A stretch of 64,000 bases of DNA from Diplonema japonicum. Taxonomy: Eukaryota; Protista; Euglenozoa: Diplonemea. The notes beneath the pieces were generated by a model. It had not been told where the DNA came from and searched no databases. It worked only from the letters and a program-made list of their open reading frames with translations. Numbering within the stretch: position 1 is the first letter of the stretch; the number at the start of each line of letters is the position of its first letter. Both the position numbers and the translations under genes were made by a program. Where the stretch lies: the NCBI GenBank assembly GCA_964019335.1, contig OZ025648.1:248001-312000 (forward strand). The letters are read 5' to 3'. Positions 1 through 11,223 of this stretch are shown here, in pieces.

Positions 1-78
1 TTTTTCCTCCTCCTTCACTGCAGGCTTCGCATCAAAGTCATCAGAATAGTCTTCACTGTAGCTGTCTGAGTCTGACAT
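1..78 (-). CDS. N-terminal fragment of a protein running off the left edge (MSDSDSYSEDYSDDFDAKPAVKEEEK...)
   Basis: ATG at 78 preceded on the minus strand by a pyrimidine-rich tract and AG; frame open to the window edge; same strand as all other genes. Confidence 0.6.
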   Translation of the reverse strand, partial: MSDSDSYSEDYSDDFDAKPAVKEEEK

Positions 79-177
79 TGTCTTTAGCCTGTGGCGGAAG
101 AAAGTAAAGTGGTGGGAAACGGAAATAGGAAATGGGGGGGGGAAATGGTGTTATTGGGCCTTGTAAAAGCGCCATTG

Positions 178-1624
178 TTATTTCCTTTTGACAATCCTCC
201 TACGCGCCTCAGCGATGGAACGAGCAGGGAAGTGTGCTGAGACGACCGAGTCCGCAACACCCCACCCGAAGAGGACCATGGCCCACTCTGCGAGGCGCTC
301 CCTCTTGTTCAGCAAGAGGTCTACTGCTGTTAGGCTGCTTGAGTTCTTCGCTTCCACGTCGAAGCGCTTGGGATACTCTGGGTCAGTGAGTGCCTTGACT
401 AGTGTGGGATGGTCCTCTTTGATCGCGAGGTGCAAGGCGTTGTCGCCATTGTGCCTTGCTTTCCGTGTGTCAGGTGTGATTAACATCTTGATCACCTTGT
501 CACCGTGCTTCTCCCATGACTCCGTTTTCACTGCGATCAGCAGTGCATTCAACCCGTTTGCATCGACGCATGTCACATCTGCACCAATCGCCACGAGCGT
601 AGCGGACATAGCTACCCGTCCTTTACGAACGGCCAGAAGTAGAGGTGTGTCCCCGTTCCCATCTCGCATCATCAGCGCCTTCTTCGACGCAAGCAGCTTC
701 AGCACCTTGTTTCGGGTTTGACACACATCGACCATACCTTGGGGCCCTCGCCTGTCGCCATTGAATCACCGCAAACAGCCGTGTGAAGGAGTGTTCGTGC
801 ACAGTGCTCCGAGAACACAACATTCAAAGGCACGACAGTGCTCAGGAGAAACCTGGGGAGGTTTTTTTTTTCTTTCTTTCTTTTTTTTTTTTTTTTTTGA
901 AAACGACATACTTTAAAGCGGGTGCAACAGTACCTGCTTTGATGAGGCTTTCGAGCTGCAAGAGCTTCTTGCGGTCGGCGGGGGAGACGTCGTCCAAGGT
1001 AGTGATCGGGAGTGGCTCGGGTGCAGCTGCTCGCTTTGGCATAGCACGCGCACGCCTTGTGAATTCCTTTACAGCAGCGATGACACGTAACTTGGAAGCA
1101 GAAGAGAAGCGTGACTTGCGCTGTGCTTTGAGATGCGATTTTACATCAGAGCAGCACACGAATTTCTCGTAGGTGCCCTCAGCGTCCTTGCCAGTGACTG
1201 TGTACCCCTTGTCAGTCACTCGAACGATGGTGCACGGTGTCCAACAGCCATCGCTACGCAGGACGGTGCAAAGCTGGTTTTTGGTGAAGACGACCTCCTC
1301 CTCCCATTGGTCTGGGTCCATCACTGTTTCGTGGGTTATGTCTGTTAGAATGTAAGAGGTATTGTTGGCTTCGATAGCAGCCTCGTGCCGAATGGGGGTC
1401 ACCGTGTTCAGGTGGTTCAAAAGCTCGGTGAGCATATTTTGTACTTCGGCATTCTTTGTACACGCCTTGTTGTTGAGTAGCTCGAGCGTCTTGCTGTACG
1501 CTGTCGTGATGCCCGCCTCTAGCTCTTTGATGCGCAGCCGCGCGGCTTCGAGATCGTGGTGTAGCTCATCGCCGATCCGTTCGGTGATGTTTTGGTCGCA
1601 CCAAGGGCACCACTTCTTTGTCAT
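178..1624 (-). CDS. Ankyrin-repeat protein with N-terminal coiled coil and Tudor/SH3-like segment (3 exons)
   Basis: ORFs 842..1624 and 178..735 join in frame via GT-AG introns 853..911 and 706..737 (32 nt); ankyrin motifs RTLLHTAV, GDTPLLLAV, GLNALLIAV, GDNALHLAI. Confidence 0.8.
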
Positions 1625-1741
1625 TGTTTGTTGGTTTCATTTTCCTGTTTTTTTTTTTAATTTTCTTTTTACACTTTTTTTTTCCTTAAACCGGCGAAGA
1701 AAAGAACAATTCGATAAGCATGTGTTATTGAGCCGCAACCT

Positions 1742-2221
1742 TTAGATAGATTGGAGGAACCCCTTGTGCCGAAGAATGTTTCGCACTGTGGCAGCAGCGA
1801 TGGCAATCGACGCGGGCTCGTTCCAAAAATGGTTCACGCCCGAAGGATGGGGGATGGTCAGGGTGCAGCCATCACTTTGAAGGAGCATGGGTTTCAGGCC
1901 AAAGGCCTTCGCCACGTTGCTGCCCAAAATGATAACGACCGGCCTGTTGGTGAGCACAATCCTTGATGCTGCGGCTTTCGCTTCCTTTTGTCCGAACTTG
2001 TCACCGCTCCCCCCGCTACACCTCCCGGGGTACTCATCCAGCAAGTTCACCTTGTCGAACTTCATCCACATTTCTTTCACGGTCATCCCGAGCAGCCGCG
2101 CCAGCCGCTTCACGGAGCATGACTTCTCTCCGAAGGCCTTCCCGTCGGATCCGGGGGCCTGGCCCACAATCAACCCCTTGTGTTCTACAACCTTCGCATT
2201 GTCACGTATCCGCTGCAGCAT
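1742..2221 (-). CDS. Small uracil-DNA glycosylase superfamily protein
   Basis: 159 aa with UDG motif A-like LIVGQAPG, central VIILGSNVAKAF and motif B-like IPHPSGVNHFWN. Confidence 0.7.
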   Translation of the reverse strand: MLQRIRDNAKVVEHKGLIVGQAPGSDGKAFGEKSCSVKRLARLLGMTVKEMWMKFDKVNLLDEYPGRCSGGSGDKFGQKEAKAAASRIVLTNRPVVIILGSNVAKAFGLKPMLLQSDGCTLTIPHPSGVNHFWNEPASIAIAAATVRNILRHKGFLQSI

Positions 2222-2300
2222 CTACCTTGAAAAAAATGTGTTGTTCGTAATGTTGCGCTATAAAAAGATAAATGCAATCTGACTATACACAATCTATGGG

Positions 2301-2948
2301 TCACGAGGCCCGGAAGTGTCGGGGGTTGGGGTATGCAACAGCGGGGGATAACCAATCTTGGGTTGAGAAGTGGCGGGAGGGGGGTGAGGGTGAGCGCCGG
2401 GAAGGCTGGGAAGGGGGTTCTGACGTTTGTCTGCGGGGGATGGAGGTGTGCCGGCGGATGCGGTCATTGTGTATCCTGAGGAGGTCGGTTCTGTCGTCAG
2501 AATCGCTAGCGTGACGCAAGGGGCCATGTGCATTCCATACGTTGTCGTCGGTGTGCGGGCACACAGGCTTGAGCGGGGGCCTTCTTGGCGACGGGTACCG
2601 CAATTCCTGTGGCGTCTGTACCACCGGGGCCTGGTACCGCACGTGAGAGTGCGAGTGAGGGTGAGAGTGAGAGTGAGGGGCTATTTGCCATTTCACCCCA
2701 CCGGGACCTATCGTGAGCTCTGTCCCACAGTCCCAACAAAATCTTGCGTTGGGTTCCGCAATTGCACCGCATGCCGTGCAGTGAACAGGCTTCTGCTTCT
2801 GGATGGTTTGCTTCATTTCTTGCAACTCTTTTTGCAACGATTCGACCTGAATTTCTAACAAGGTCCCCTTTTCCTTGGGAAGGGGCACAGGGGCTGGGGC
2901 AGGGACAGAGACAGGGGCAGGAATAGGAACATCGTGCGTGTAGGAGCT

Positions 2949-2985
<37 letters not shown>

Positions 2986-3347
2986 GGTTGCTGTTGTATC
3001 AAGCTCGCAGAGAGACGGACAATAAGCAGCAGCCCTTCTGTCTCACCGTGCACTGCAACGTCACGTGAAGTGTCAAACAGATCAAGAACCTCAGCAGCAG
3101 GGAGCAGCACCGTGCCAGTAAAAATAGTCGATTCCTGCCTGTCGACCACTGCCACCTGGCACGCAAATCCCCGCTTTACCTTCACCCCGTACTTAAACTT
3201 GGCATTCCAAGCCACAGCACTCCCCACTACCTTGCCCTCCGCTGTTTGCTGCTTCGTGGGCGCACCTACTACATCAAGCGTAACCCGCAGGCCCTCTCGG
3301 TCGATACCCTCCAACCTGAGTACTACTATTCCTACTGCAATCGACAT
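2301..3347 (-). CDS. Hypothetical protein: C2-like N-terminus, polyQ, coiled coil, zinc ribbon (CTACG...FCWDCG), Pro-rich tail
   Basis: ORF 2301..3374, first ATG at 3347; two CxxC pairs; beta-rich N-terminus containing AVAWNAKF. Confidence 0.65.
2949..2996. repeat. (TTG/CAA)n microsatellite encoding a polyglutamine tract
   Basis: Direct inspection; translates as QQQPQQQQQQQQQQQQ on the minus strand. Confidence 0.9.
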
Positions 3348-3955
3348 AATTGCATTTTCCCTTTTTTCTCTCACCAGAACCTCCTTTTCGTGAGTTGTAG
3401 GGAGAAGACTACAAAAAAAAGGGGGTGGGTGGGACAGAACAATTTGTCGCTTTTTTTTTTTTTTCCACTCTCGAACATAACGCGTAGTCTCCCTTGTTAA
3501 ATAAAAACCCAGATCGTTACCCCCCCCCCCCCCCCCCCCCGGTTGGTACTACCGTTTCAATAAAAAGGTTATGCAAACTGCGCTGCCAACAGAAAACCAC
3601 AACAAGGGAGGGAAGGTGTAGCAGGCCAACGACGTGACAATAGAAGAAAATCAATCAAGGGAAAAAGGGGGTGGGGGGACGTATAGGGAGACAGGGGACT
3701 TTGGCGACCCCCTGCCTAATCACACAGTGCAAAGTGCACACGACCTGCATTATTGGGCTGTTGAAAAATCCTGGAAGAAAGAAAAAGAAGCCCAGTAGAA
3801 TTCTCGAATCGTATCATATCGAACAGATCTTAATCCATATGCACCAATGTGTTTAATGCGATTTACCTCGAAAAGGAAATGAGGTACAAGTTTTCGAAGC
3901 AGCTTTTTTTTGCTTTCGAACCCGTAAGGAAAGGAGGTTAATACTAACTATTAAA

Positions 3956-3986
<31 letters not shown>

Positions 3987-4237
3987 TATGAGTTAAAGGA
4001 GGCCGGTGTTGGCGGCGCCCTGTGAAAAAAAAAGAGATATGAGCTTGCCCCCACTTCCGTGTACGACCTACAGGTAAAAAAAAAAGAAAGAAAAAAAAAA
4101 CTGTTTTTTTGAGAAAACTTCCATTTTTACCCAAAAAAAAAAAAAGCAAGAAAAAAAAAAAAAAAAGAAATTCGATAAAGTTTCAGTGTGCATGGGGGGG
4201 TGCTCACTGTTCAAGAAGAAGAAAAAAACACCCCGCT

Positions 4238-6003
4238 TTATTTCTCGAAAGTCCACACCTCAAGCCTTTGCACCACAAATTCAGGTGGGTCAAGCATGGG
4301 AGGACAGTCATAAGTCTCACAAGCATCAGTTGAGCCACGCGCTGTGTATTTTTATTTTTTCAATCTCACACTTTGCAACATACATAGAGACTGGTTCACA
4401 CATAGAGCCGGACCGCTACCGCCGCCGAAGGCCAGCATCCCAGCGTGGGACAAGGTGAAGTATTCGTTCTTCTTGGACCATCTCCACGAGGCGATATCAT
4501 GCCCTGGTGCCATCACCCCGTTCTCAACAGGCTTTTCTTCTCCGTTTTCCGTTGCTTCGCCCTCGCAGTTCCCCACAGCATCGAACCTGAACACAAAACC
4601 CTGCCCAGTACCGTGGTAATATCTCTGCTCTTCCCATGCCTTTTAAAAAAAATTTTTAAAACGAAAAAAAAATTCCGTTTCTCATACCTGCATTGTGAAT
4701 CCACCCACCAAAGCTCCTCCTGTTGTGCGGATCACCAGCAGGTTGGGCTCGTGTTCCTTGCACTTCTCATACAAGGTGCGCAACGACGACCCGTGTTCAA
4801 TGGATGAGAAGACTCTGATCTGCAAGTGGGGAGGGGGGGGGTTTATGGTGAAGAGTGTGGTTTTTCTTTTTTATTTGGTCATACCCAGTTGGAGTTTTTC
4901 AGGGTGAACGGGAGAAGCTTCACGACGGCCGCTCTTTGTGCAGGACCGATCGCTGCCATGTCTTCTTGCAGCACCTTTAGCTCGGCCGGGAGTGGGTCGC
5001 ATCCTTCATCGACCGGCTCCACCTGCCATGACTTAATGCTCGGAACGAAGTCTTCAGTCCGCTTTGGGGAAGCTGGTGTGTGGTGGTGCACAGGGCTGTC
5101 GGGCTCGGGCTCGTCATCTATCATGTGGTGTACGATGTCGTGCAGCTTGTGCAGTGCATGGTGCAGCCAATCTGACCCTGGTGCGGGCTCCTCGTACTTA
5201 GGCGGGAGGTAGCTGTTCCCATCCTTCTCGTACCTCCTCACCATGTACTTGTCGTGTATGAAGTCTTTGAACTCATCGTGGCTGGAGGGCACATTGAAGT
5301 CCGCAGGCGTCTTTGCAAGAAGCTGTTCGTTGCCCCTGCGGTTGCCCCCCTTCTTTAACATCAGGAGTTCGTCGTCAGACCACTCGTCCAGAGTCAACGA
5401 CCGGATTTTGCTGATGTGGGTTCCCATGCCCCTGTGGATTGAAGCGCATCTTGTGCATAGAAGGAGTTTGTACGTAATGGAAACCCACGTGGGTAGCATG
5501 GCGGTGGTGCTGCAGTCAGCGCATTTTCCGTTTCCTGGTATGAGCAGGACTTCTTGAACGTCCTTTGACAAGGCAGGTCCGTGTTTAGTATTCAACAAGC
5601 CCTTGAGTTTTGACCCGAAGCTGAAGTTCTTGAGCGGAGCGCGGTTGCTGGTGTGGTTCGCCAACGGTGACGGCGCCCTCATGTTTGCCATGTCCTTCTC
5701 CATCTGCTCCAAGGCCGCTTCTGCTTCCATTAACCTCTGCGCTTGCATTCTCACTTCCTCGAACCTTTCTGTCTCGGCCCGTTCGGACTTCACAAGCGCC
5801 AGTTCCAGCTTCTCTACTTTATCAGTCAGATCCCGGTTAGTTACCTGCAGCGACAGTATCTTCTTGATGTACACTTCCATGTTCTTCTGTGTCACGGAGA
5901 GCTCCTTCGCCAGATTCAGCTTCGACGTGGTCTCCCATTCCTTTTCTTTTTTCAGATGCTCGATCGCATCTTTTAATTTCTCCATTTCATCCTCACCGCT
6001 CAT
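4238..6003 (-). CDS. Coiled-coil + ArfGAP + TLDc domain protein (4 exons)
   Basis: ATG 6003 after a long pyrimidine tract and AG; ArfGAP zinc motif CADC-x18-CTRC-x4-R and HISKIRSLTLDEW. Introns 4820..4884, 4640..4687 and 4342..4383 give a TLDc domain (WIRVFSSIEHGSSLRTLY...NLLVIRTTGGALVGGF...YHGTGQGFVF...LAFGGG...GSTDACETY...LEVWTF). Confidence 0.85.
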
Positions 6004-6106
6004 TGCTGCCCTTGTAATGGGTGGGGTGACATAAAAAGAACAAAAAAGAAAATGGGGTATATCACGGGAAGAAAAAAGAAAAAGAAAAGAAAAAAAAACA
6101 CACTTA

Positions 6107-7145
6107 CTAGTCGGTAAAACGGCTGCTCTGTCTGGGTAGGTGGGGTGGGTAGCACTCTGTGTAAGCAGCAGGCTGATAAGCTGGTGCACTGTGCATCGGT
6201 GGTGGTGCTGGGATCTTGTAGAGCACGTGTTTGGGTGGTTCAGGAGCAACGGATGCCTCGGTAAATCTACTCTCCGAGAAACCCGTTGTCGGGGGGGCTT
6301 CAGTGAACCCAGACGACCCCTGCTTTTCCGAGAATCCCGAAGATTCACTGAACCCCGACGTAGGCTGCACAGGCATCTCGCTGAACCCGCTGTGGGCATC
6401 ATCAAATCTGCTTTTCTTCTTTCTCTCCGGAGCCAGCGTGCTTTTCCCGGCAAGCATTGCAAGCTTGGCCGATATATCGGCTGTTGAAACAGGCTTCTTA
6501 GAGAGGTCGACCGGACGATGTGGTACCACAGGAGCAAGGGGCTTGGTTTCAGGGGTGTTGTTGCCTTCATTGCATTTTTTTGTTTTTCTTTTTCTGTGTT
6601 TACAAGGAACCCCATACTCATCGTCTTGTCTTTGAAGCGAATTCTATCCTGTTCGGTCCAGTGTTCAGGGTGGTCGACTAACCTGTACCCCTTGGTCGCT
6701 TGGCGGCGTTGATTAACATCATTATTCTGCGTTCCGGAATGTACAACTGCACGCCCATGGATCTGCCTGGTCTTGTGCCGTCTCGTCAGGAGTTCCGGCC
6801 CACCGTCATCTGAATCAGAGTCGAACACGCCCTGTGCAATGATCACCGGGTGGGTAGTGTTCTATCATACTTGAAACTTTTTCTTGGCTTGGGCAGGCTC
6901 CTTTTTCTTTACTCTGTGCTGATCAGCAACTACGGCAGCGGCGGGGACTTCTTCTTCCGCCCACCTTCCATGCTCTCGCTTCGATCGTGGTTCGTTACCT
7001 GTAACATGCAAACTTAACACAAATGCGTACTACTACTCCTCCTCCTCGTGTACGTCCTGCTGCTGCTGCTGCTGCTAGGCGATCGTCGTCGGCGTCTGTA
7101 TCTGTGAGAGTCGCTGCTTGTCGACCTTCTTCTCTTGCGCGGCAT
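6107..7145 (-). CDS. Low-complexity Arg/Ser-rich protein with SGFSE repeats (4 exons), possibly RNA-processing
   Basis: ATG 7145 (MPRKRRRSTSSDS...); GT-AG introns 6999..7030, 6832..6870 and 6565..6617 restore one frame through ORF 6107..6529 (KKKSRFDD, SGFSE-like repeats). Confidence 0.6.
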
Positions 7146-7300
7146 TTTCTTGTTTTTTTTCTTTTTCGAGGTATCCCTTTGTGTGGTAAAAACGAGATTA
7201 AAAAAAAGAAAAAGAATGGGGGTGGGAAAGGATATAATTTACTTACAGGTACAGAACAACATTTCCCTTTTCTAATTTTTTTTTTTCTTTTTTTTTTCTT

Positions 7301-9172
7301 TTACCGTTTCTTACGGCGGGGTTTTTCCGACTTCTTGCCGGTGATTTCCTTCACCAAATCGTCAACGATGCGGGATTTCTCACGGGAAGACAGCCTTGCA
7401 GGGTTAGATGGGTGCGCAGGAAGATGCACATGGATGGACGGCCGTGTCGATGCTTCGGAGCTCGTTTCATACTTGGAAGGCGCCGTGTAGCCTTGCATGC
7501 TGTGCATGTGACTGTACGGGTCGTGGTAAAATGGAGGCGGCATGCCGCTGCCAAGCACTGCGGGAGCCGCAGGGACGGCCGCAGGAGGGGCAGCCACAGG
7601 GGCAGCAGGAACGGAGGCTTCGCGCTTGATATCCAACAATCTTTTAAGATCAGCGTTCTGCTGCACCATCGGGTGGGTGTTAAGCAGTGCTTGCACTAAT
7701 GCATCTTTCCCCGCGGACTTTACCTCCTGACGCTTCCCTGCATCGGGTGGATGGGATTGAGACTCGAACCCGTTCGGAGGATACCCTCCCCACTCACCCA
7801 CACCCTGCGGCGCATAAGCTTGATGCCCCGACTCATACGCGTTGGCCGGGTCGTTGGGGTGCGGTCTGGGCAACGGAGGAGGTGGCCCGTAATGCATACC
7901 CCGTGTGCTTTGCTGTGTGATGCCATGTTGCGCTGGGAGCTTGATCTCAGGGTGCACGTGAGGTTCATATCCCGGTTTCCATTCTATAGGGGACTCTTGT
8001 GTGGGGAACTGCACCTCTGTCGGATCGGGCGAGACATCATAAACAGCCTGCGCTTCAGGCAGGGCAGGGAGGGTGAAGGATGCCCTACTCCTCCTGCGCA
8101 TTGAGTTTCTTGGCGAGTCATGCGGAGTGTGCACAGGAGAGGACATCGCAGACCTCCCGCACCCTACAGACATCCTGTCGGCCTCGGTGGGCTGGTACTG
8201 CGAGACCCCGCAGCCCACGGAAGCTTTGTCACGCTCAGATGGGATAAATCTCATGGACGATCGGTGCGACAAAAGTGTTTTGGGTGCGTTCACTGGGTTG
8301 CGCAGGTGCTGGAGGATCTCCTGCTGTTCGGCTTGCTGCTTTAAGATAAACTGTTGCTGGGAGAGAACCTGCGACAGCTGGTTGCTAAGGGCATCTGTAG
8401 AAGCGTAGTCTTGAAGGGGCTGTGGTTGGGGCGGTGGCTGAGGCGGAGGCTGATGCTGAAGCTGGGGTGGTGGGAGCATTTGCAGTTCAGCCTCTCTGCG
8501 CTTTGCCTGGTCGAACCTTTTGATCTTGTCTCGCAGGAACTCTACCTGCTCACGGAGCTGCTGGTTGTGCTGCTGTTCGCTCAGCACGTTGGTCCGCCCT
8601 TCTGAGATCACTGACTCCATCACACCCCTGTTCTTCCTCCACCACAAGCACTCCAACCACTTGTAGTAGTACGTTCTGTACGTCCTCGCCTTGTGGTTCT
8701 CCGATATAGTCCACAGTACATCTGCTTGCCGTTTGTGCTTCAGCCTTTTGTTCTCATCAAGCATTCGCAGAACATCAGGTGCTAGCGGTTCCCCAGCGAC
8801 ATCACTCGGCTCAGGGCCGTACTTCTCTGTCAAGGCTGCGAAGAGGGCGTCCTCCCTGCCCTTGAAAGAGCTCAGCAGCTGCCCCACCTCATGGATCTTA
8901 TCCGGATTGTACTTTTGGTAGAATCGTACAAGCCTCTTCCTGTGGTTGTCTGTATCAGGGGGGCGGCGCTCCTCCAGGGGATCAGGCTCGGGGCCATACT
9001 TCCGCCGCAGTGCTTCAAACAGAGACTCTTCGTTCCCTATCGCATCCTTCAGCATGTCATTCGCCACTACCAACTTCGACGGGCTGTAGTACTTGTAGAA
9101 CCGCAGCAGCCTTGGTAGCAGTGGGTGTTCCCATGAGTCGTCATCCCTCGCCCCTTCGCTCCGCGGTTGCAT
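7301..9172 (-). CDS. Protein with two N-terminal ~45-aa 'RL.RFY..Y.P.K...E..LF.AL..KYGPEP' repeats, coiled coil and Pro/Gln-rich tail
   Basis: 623-aa ORF; two clear copies of the repeat. Confidence 0.75.
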   Translation of the reverse strand: MQPRSEGARDDDSWEHPLLPRLLRFYKYYSPSKLVVANDMLKDAIGNEESLFEALRRKYGPEPDPLEERRPPDTDNHRKRLVRFYQKYNPDKIHEVGQLLSSFKGREDALFAALTEKYGPEPSDVAGEPLAPDVLRMLDENKRLKHKRQADVLWTISENHKARTYRTYYYKWLECLWWRKNRGVMESVISEGRTNVLSEQQHNQQLREQVEFLRDKIKRFDQAKRREAELQMLPPPQLQHQPPPQPPPQPQPLQDYASTDALSNQLSQVLSQQQFILKQQAEQQEILQHLRNPVNAPKTLLSHRSSMRFIPSERDKASVGCGVSQYQPTEADRMSVGCGRSAMSSPVHTPHDSPRNSMRRRSRASFTLPALPEAQAVYDVSPDPTEVQFPTQESPIEWKPGYEPHVHPEIKLPAQHGITQQSTRGMHYGPPPPLPRPHPNDPANAYESGHQAYAPQGVGEWGGYPPNGFESQSHPPDAGKRQEVKSAGKDALVQALLNTHPMVQQNADLKRLLDIKREASVPAAPVAAPPAAVPAAPAVLGSGMPPPFYHDPYSHMHSMQGYTAPSKYETSSEASTRPSIHVHLPAHPSNPARLSSREKSRIVDDLVKEITGKKSEKPRRKKR

Positions 9173-9228
9173 CCCCTCCCCTCCTGGGTGTTGTTATAAA
9201 GGAGCGAAATAGAAAAGTTACATAATAA

Positions 9229-10005
9229 TTAGAACATGTCAAAAGCAAGTTCCTCACCACCTTCTTCATCTTCAGTTTGTGTCGTTGTCTCCGTTTTTGC
9301 AGCAGCTTCAGCTTTTTTCTTCAAACCTTCCTCGTGTCTTCTCTTCCATTTCTCCTGCGGGGTTTCTATGGGGGCGACGGGTTGCGTGGCTGTTTTGAAC
9401 TCGGTGAGGAGAAGGTCTGCTCGCTCCCATGTTGAGAGGAGTTTCTGAGTAGTGTTCTTGAGGAGCCAAGCGACAGTGGAGAGGGAGTAAGGGGGGAGGG
9501 AGGCTCCGGCAATGGGGCAGTCGAGGCGTACTGTGTGCCGGAAGGCGACGATGTATGAGGTAGTTGACTTATCGCTGCCGCCAGGGACGATACCACTGTT
9601 GCGGAAGCCTGCTGCGAGGCCTGCCTTGAGGAGGTCTTTGGCAGCCTGGAATGTCCGTGCCTGGACATGGAGGATGTACGGCTCGAATTTAAGCCACACA
9701 ACACCCTTGTTTAGATCCGCTTTTTCGAGTGCCTCCAGCACTTTCTCTTCTTCTGGTAAGTCGTGTGTGACATACAGCCACGACCCGCCACCTCCCTTCT
9801 TTCTGTCATCGCTGTCCCCGTCCTGCCACAACGCCACCCGCCCGGAACAGCTGCTCGTCGTCACGTAGTTGTGAAGCCCGTTCAAATACACCATCACCGG
9901 TAGGCACCTTTCGTCAACGCCTCCCTTCGGCGACTTGTCCACCTCTCCATTCCCAAGCTCCACCTGCACCGCCTTCTTCCTCGCGTCGAAATTCTTGTCC
10001 TCCAT
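9229..10005 (-). CDS. TYW3: tRNA wybutosine-synthesizing protein 3 (methyltransferase)
   Basis: Motifs DKSPKGGVD, YVTTSSCSGR, KFEPYILHV, AGFRNSGI. Confidence 0.92.
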   Translation of the reverse strand: MEDKNFDARKKAVQVELGNGEVDKSPKGGVDERCLPVMVYLNGLHNYVTTSSCSGRVALWQDGDSDDRKKGGGGSWLYVTHDLPEEEKVLEALEKADLNKGVVWLKFEPYILHVQARTFQAAKDLLKAGLAAGFRNSGIVPGGSDKSTTSYIVAFRHTVRLDCPIAGASLPPYSLSTVAWLLKNTTQKLLSTWERADLLLTEFKTATQPVAPIETPQEKWKRRHEEGLKKKAEAAAKTETTTQTEDEEGGEELAFDMF

Positions 10006-10141
10006 TTCTCTTTTGATCACGGTGATGCCTGTGTGATTGTTTCTATGTTTCTCTTTTTCAAAAAAAAAAAAAAAAAAAAAAAGAAATAATAAACGGTAAC
10101 GATGTTTTGTGCAAAAGCCAGGAATAAAAAAAAGCTAGGGA

Positions 10142-10765
10142 TTACGCCTCCTTGAGAAAGTCGACAGCCGCAGTGAAGGCCTCGAAGGCGTCAATAGTTC
10201 CGTTGAGGGTGGTGTGTCTGGGTGGAGCATTTCGGTGCTGTGCAGGGAGGTTGATGAGGTAGTGTTTCCACACTAGATTGGAGTACCAGTCTGTCCATTC
10301 TGGAGGTGGTGAAGAAGAGCTTTTGCTGTGACGCAAAAAGCGTCGGAGCGAACACGTATCGCAAGGGGGTGCCAAGAAGATGCCCACGTCGAAAACTTCT
10401 GCTAGCAAAGGGTTGTGGAAGATGAGGAACCCTTCAACAACGATGAAGACCCTGCCTGTCTTTGATGGGACAGTCTTCATAACGTCGAAGTCCCCACGGT
10501 GCGTCGTGACTGGCGCTAGTTTGCGCTTGTGTTTTATGGCATTCACCACTGACCTAACAGCCTTAGCACACCCCTCAAAGTTCATCACTTCAGGCACTTC
10601 CCAGTTCATTCCATAGACAGGATCGTCTTTTACCTTCTTTCCATCAAGCCACCAGTCCTGCTGAATCACGTCTGCTGGGCTTTTAAGCTCTTCTGCTAAC
10701 CTCTTTGCTAGCAGTGTCTTCCCGGATCCTGACGGCCCCGCTATTCCAATTACAACAATTTCCAT
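10142..10765 (-). CDS. Uridine kinase / nicotinamide riboside kinase-like P-loop kinase
   Basis: VIGIAGPSGSGKT Walker A, IQQDWW, NWEVPE, IVVEGFLIF. Confidence 0.8.
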   Translation of the reverse strand: MEIVVIGIAGPSGSGKTLLAKRLAEELKSPADVIQQDWWLDGKKVKDDPVYGMNWEVPEVMNFEGCAKAVRSVVNAIKHKRKLAPVTTHRGDFDVMKTVPSKTGRVFIVVEGFLIFHNPLLAEVFDVGIFLAPPCDTCSLRRFLRHSKSSSSPPPEWTDWYSNLVWKHYLINLPAQHRNAPPRHTTLNGTIDAFEAFTAAVDFLKEA

Positions 10766-11223
10766 GTGTAGGGTTTACTGGGTATTTTGTGATTTTAAAC
10801 AATCGACCAGGAGGCCAAGAGAATATATAAAAAAAAAAAGAGAGAGAGAGAGAGAGAGAAAATACTAAAGCACACGTTTTTTGGTGAGTTCCAATAAAAA
10901 AAACAAGTGAGAAGAGAGGAAGAAAGGGGGGGGGGGGGGGAAGGGGGAAGGTAAGAGGGGGGGAAAAAAAGGTGGGGGACATGAATGAGTTTTCTTTTTT
11001 TTGGAAAAAAAACCTCTCTTTTTTTTTTTTGCCCCCTCCCCATTTTCCCCATCGCTTTCCATCCTTTCTTTTTTTCTTCTCTTCCTATTTTTCTCTTCAA
11101 TAACATCAATAACAAAAAAAAAGCCACCCTTGTTGTTTCTTCTTTTTCATTTTTTTTTTTTTTTTTTTTTTACAAGTAAAAAACCGCGACGAAAAAAATA
11201 AGGGGGGGGGGGAAATTCCTCCT

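Noticed and set aside
4879-6846. Single 655-aa protein as given in the ORF track
   Set aside because: It reads through an intron in the wrong frame and across a pyrimidine-rich intergenic tract; two genes (6107..7145 and 4238..6003) explain the sequence better.
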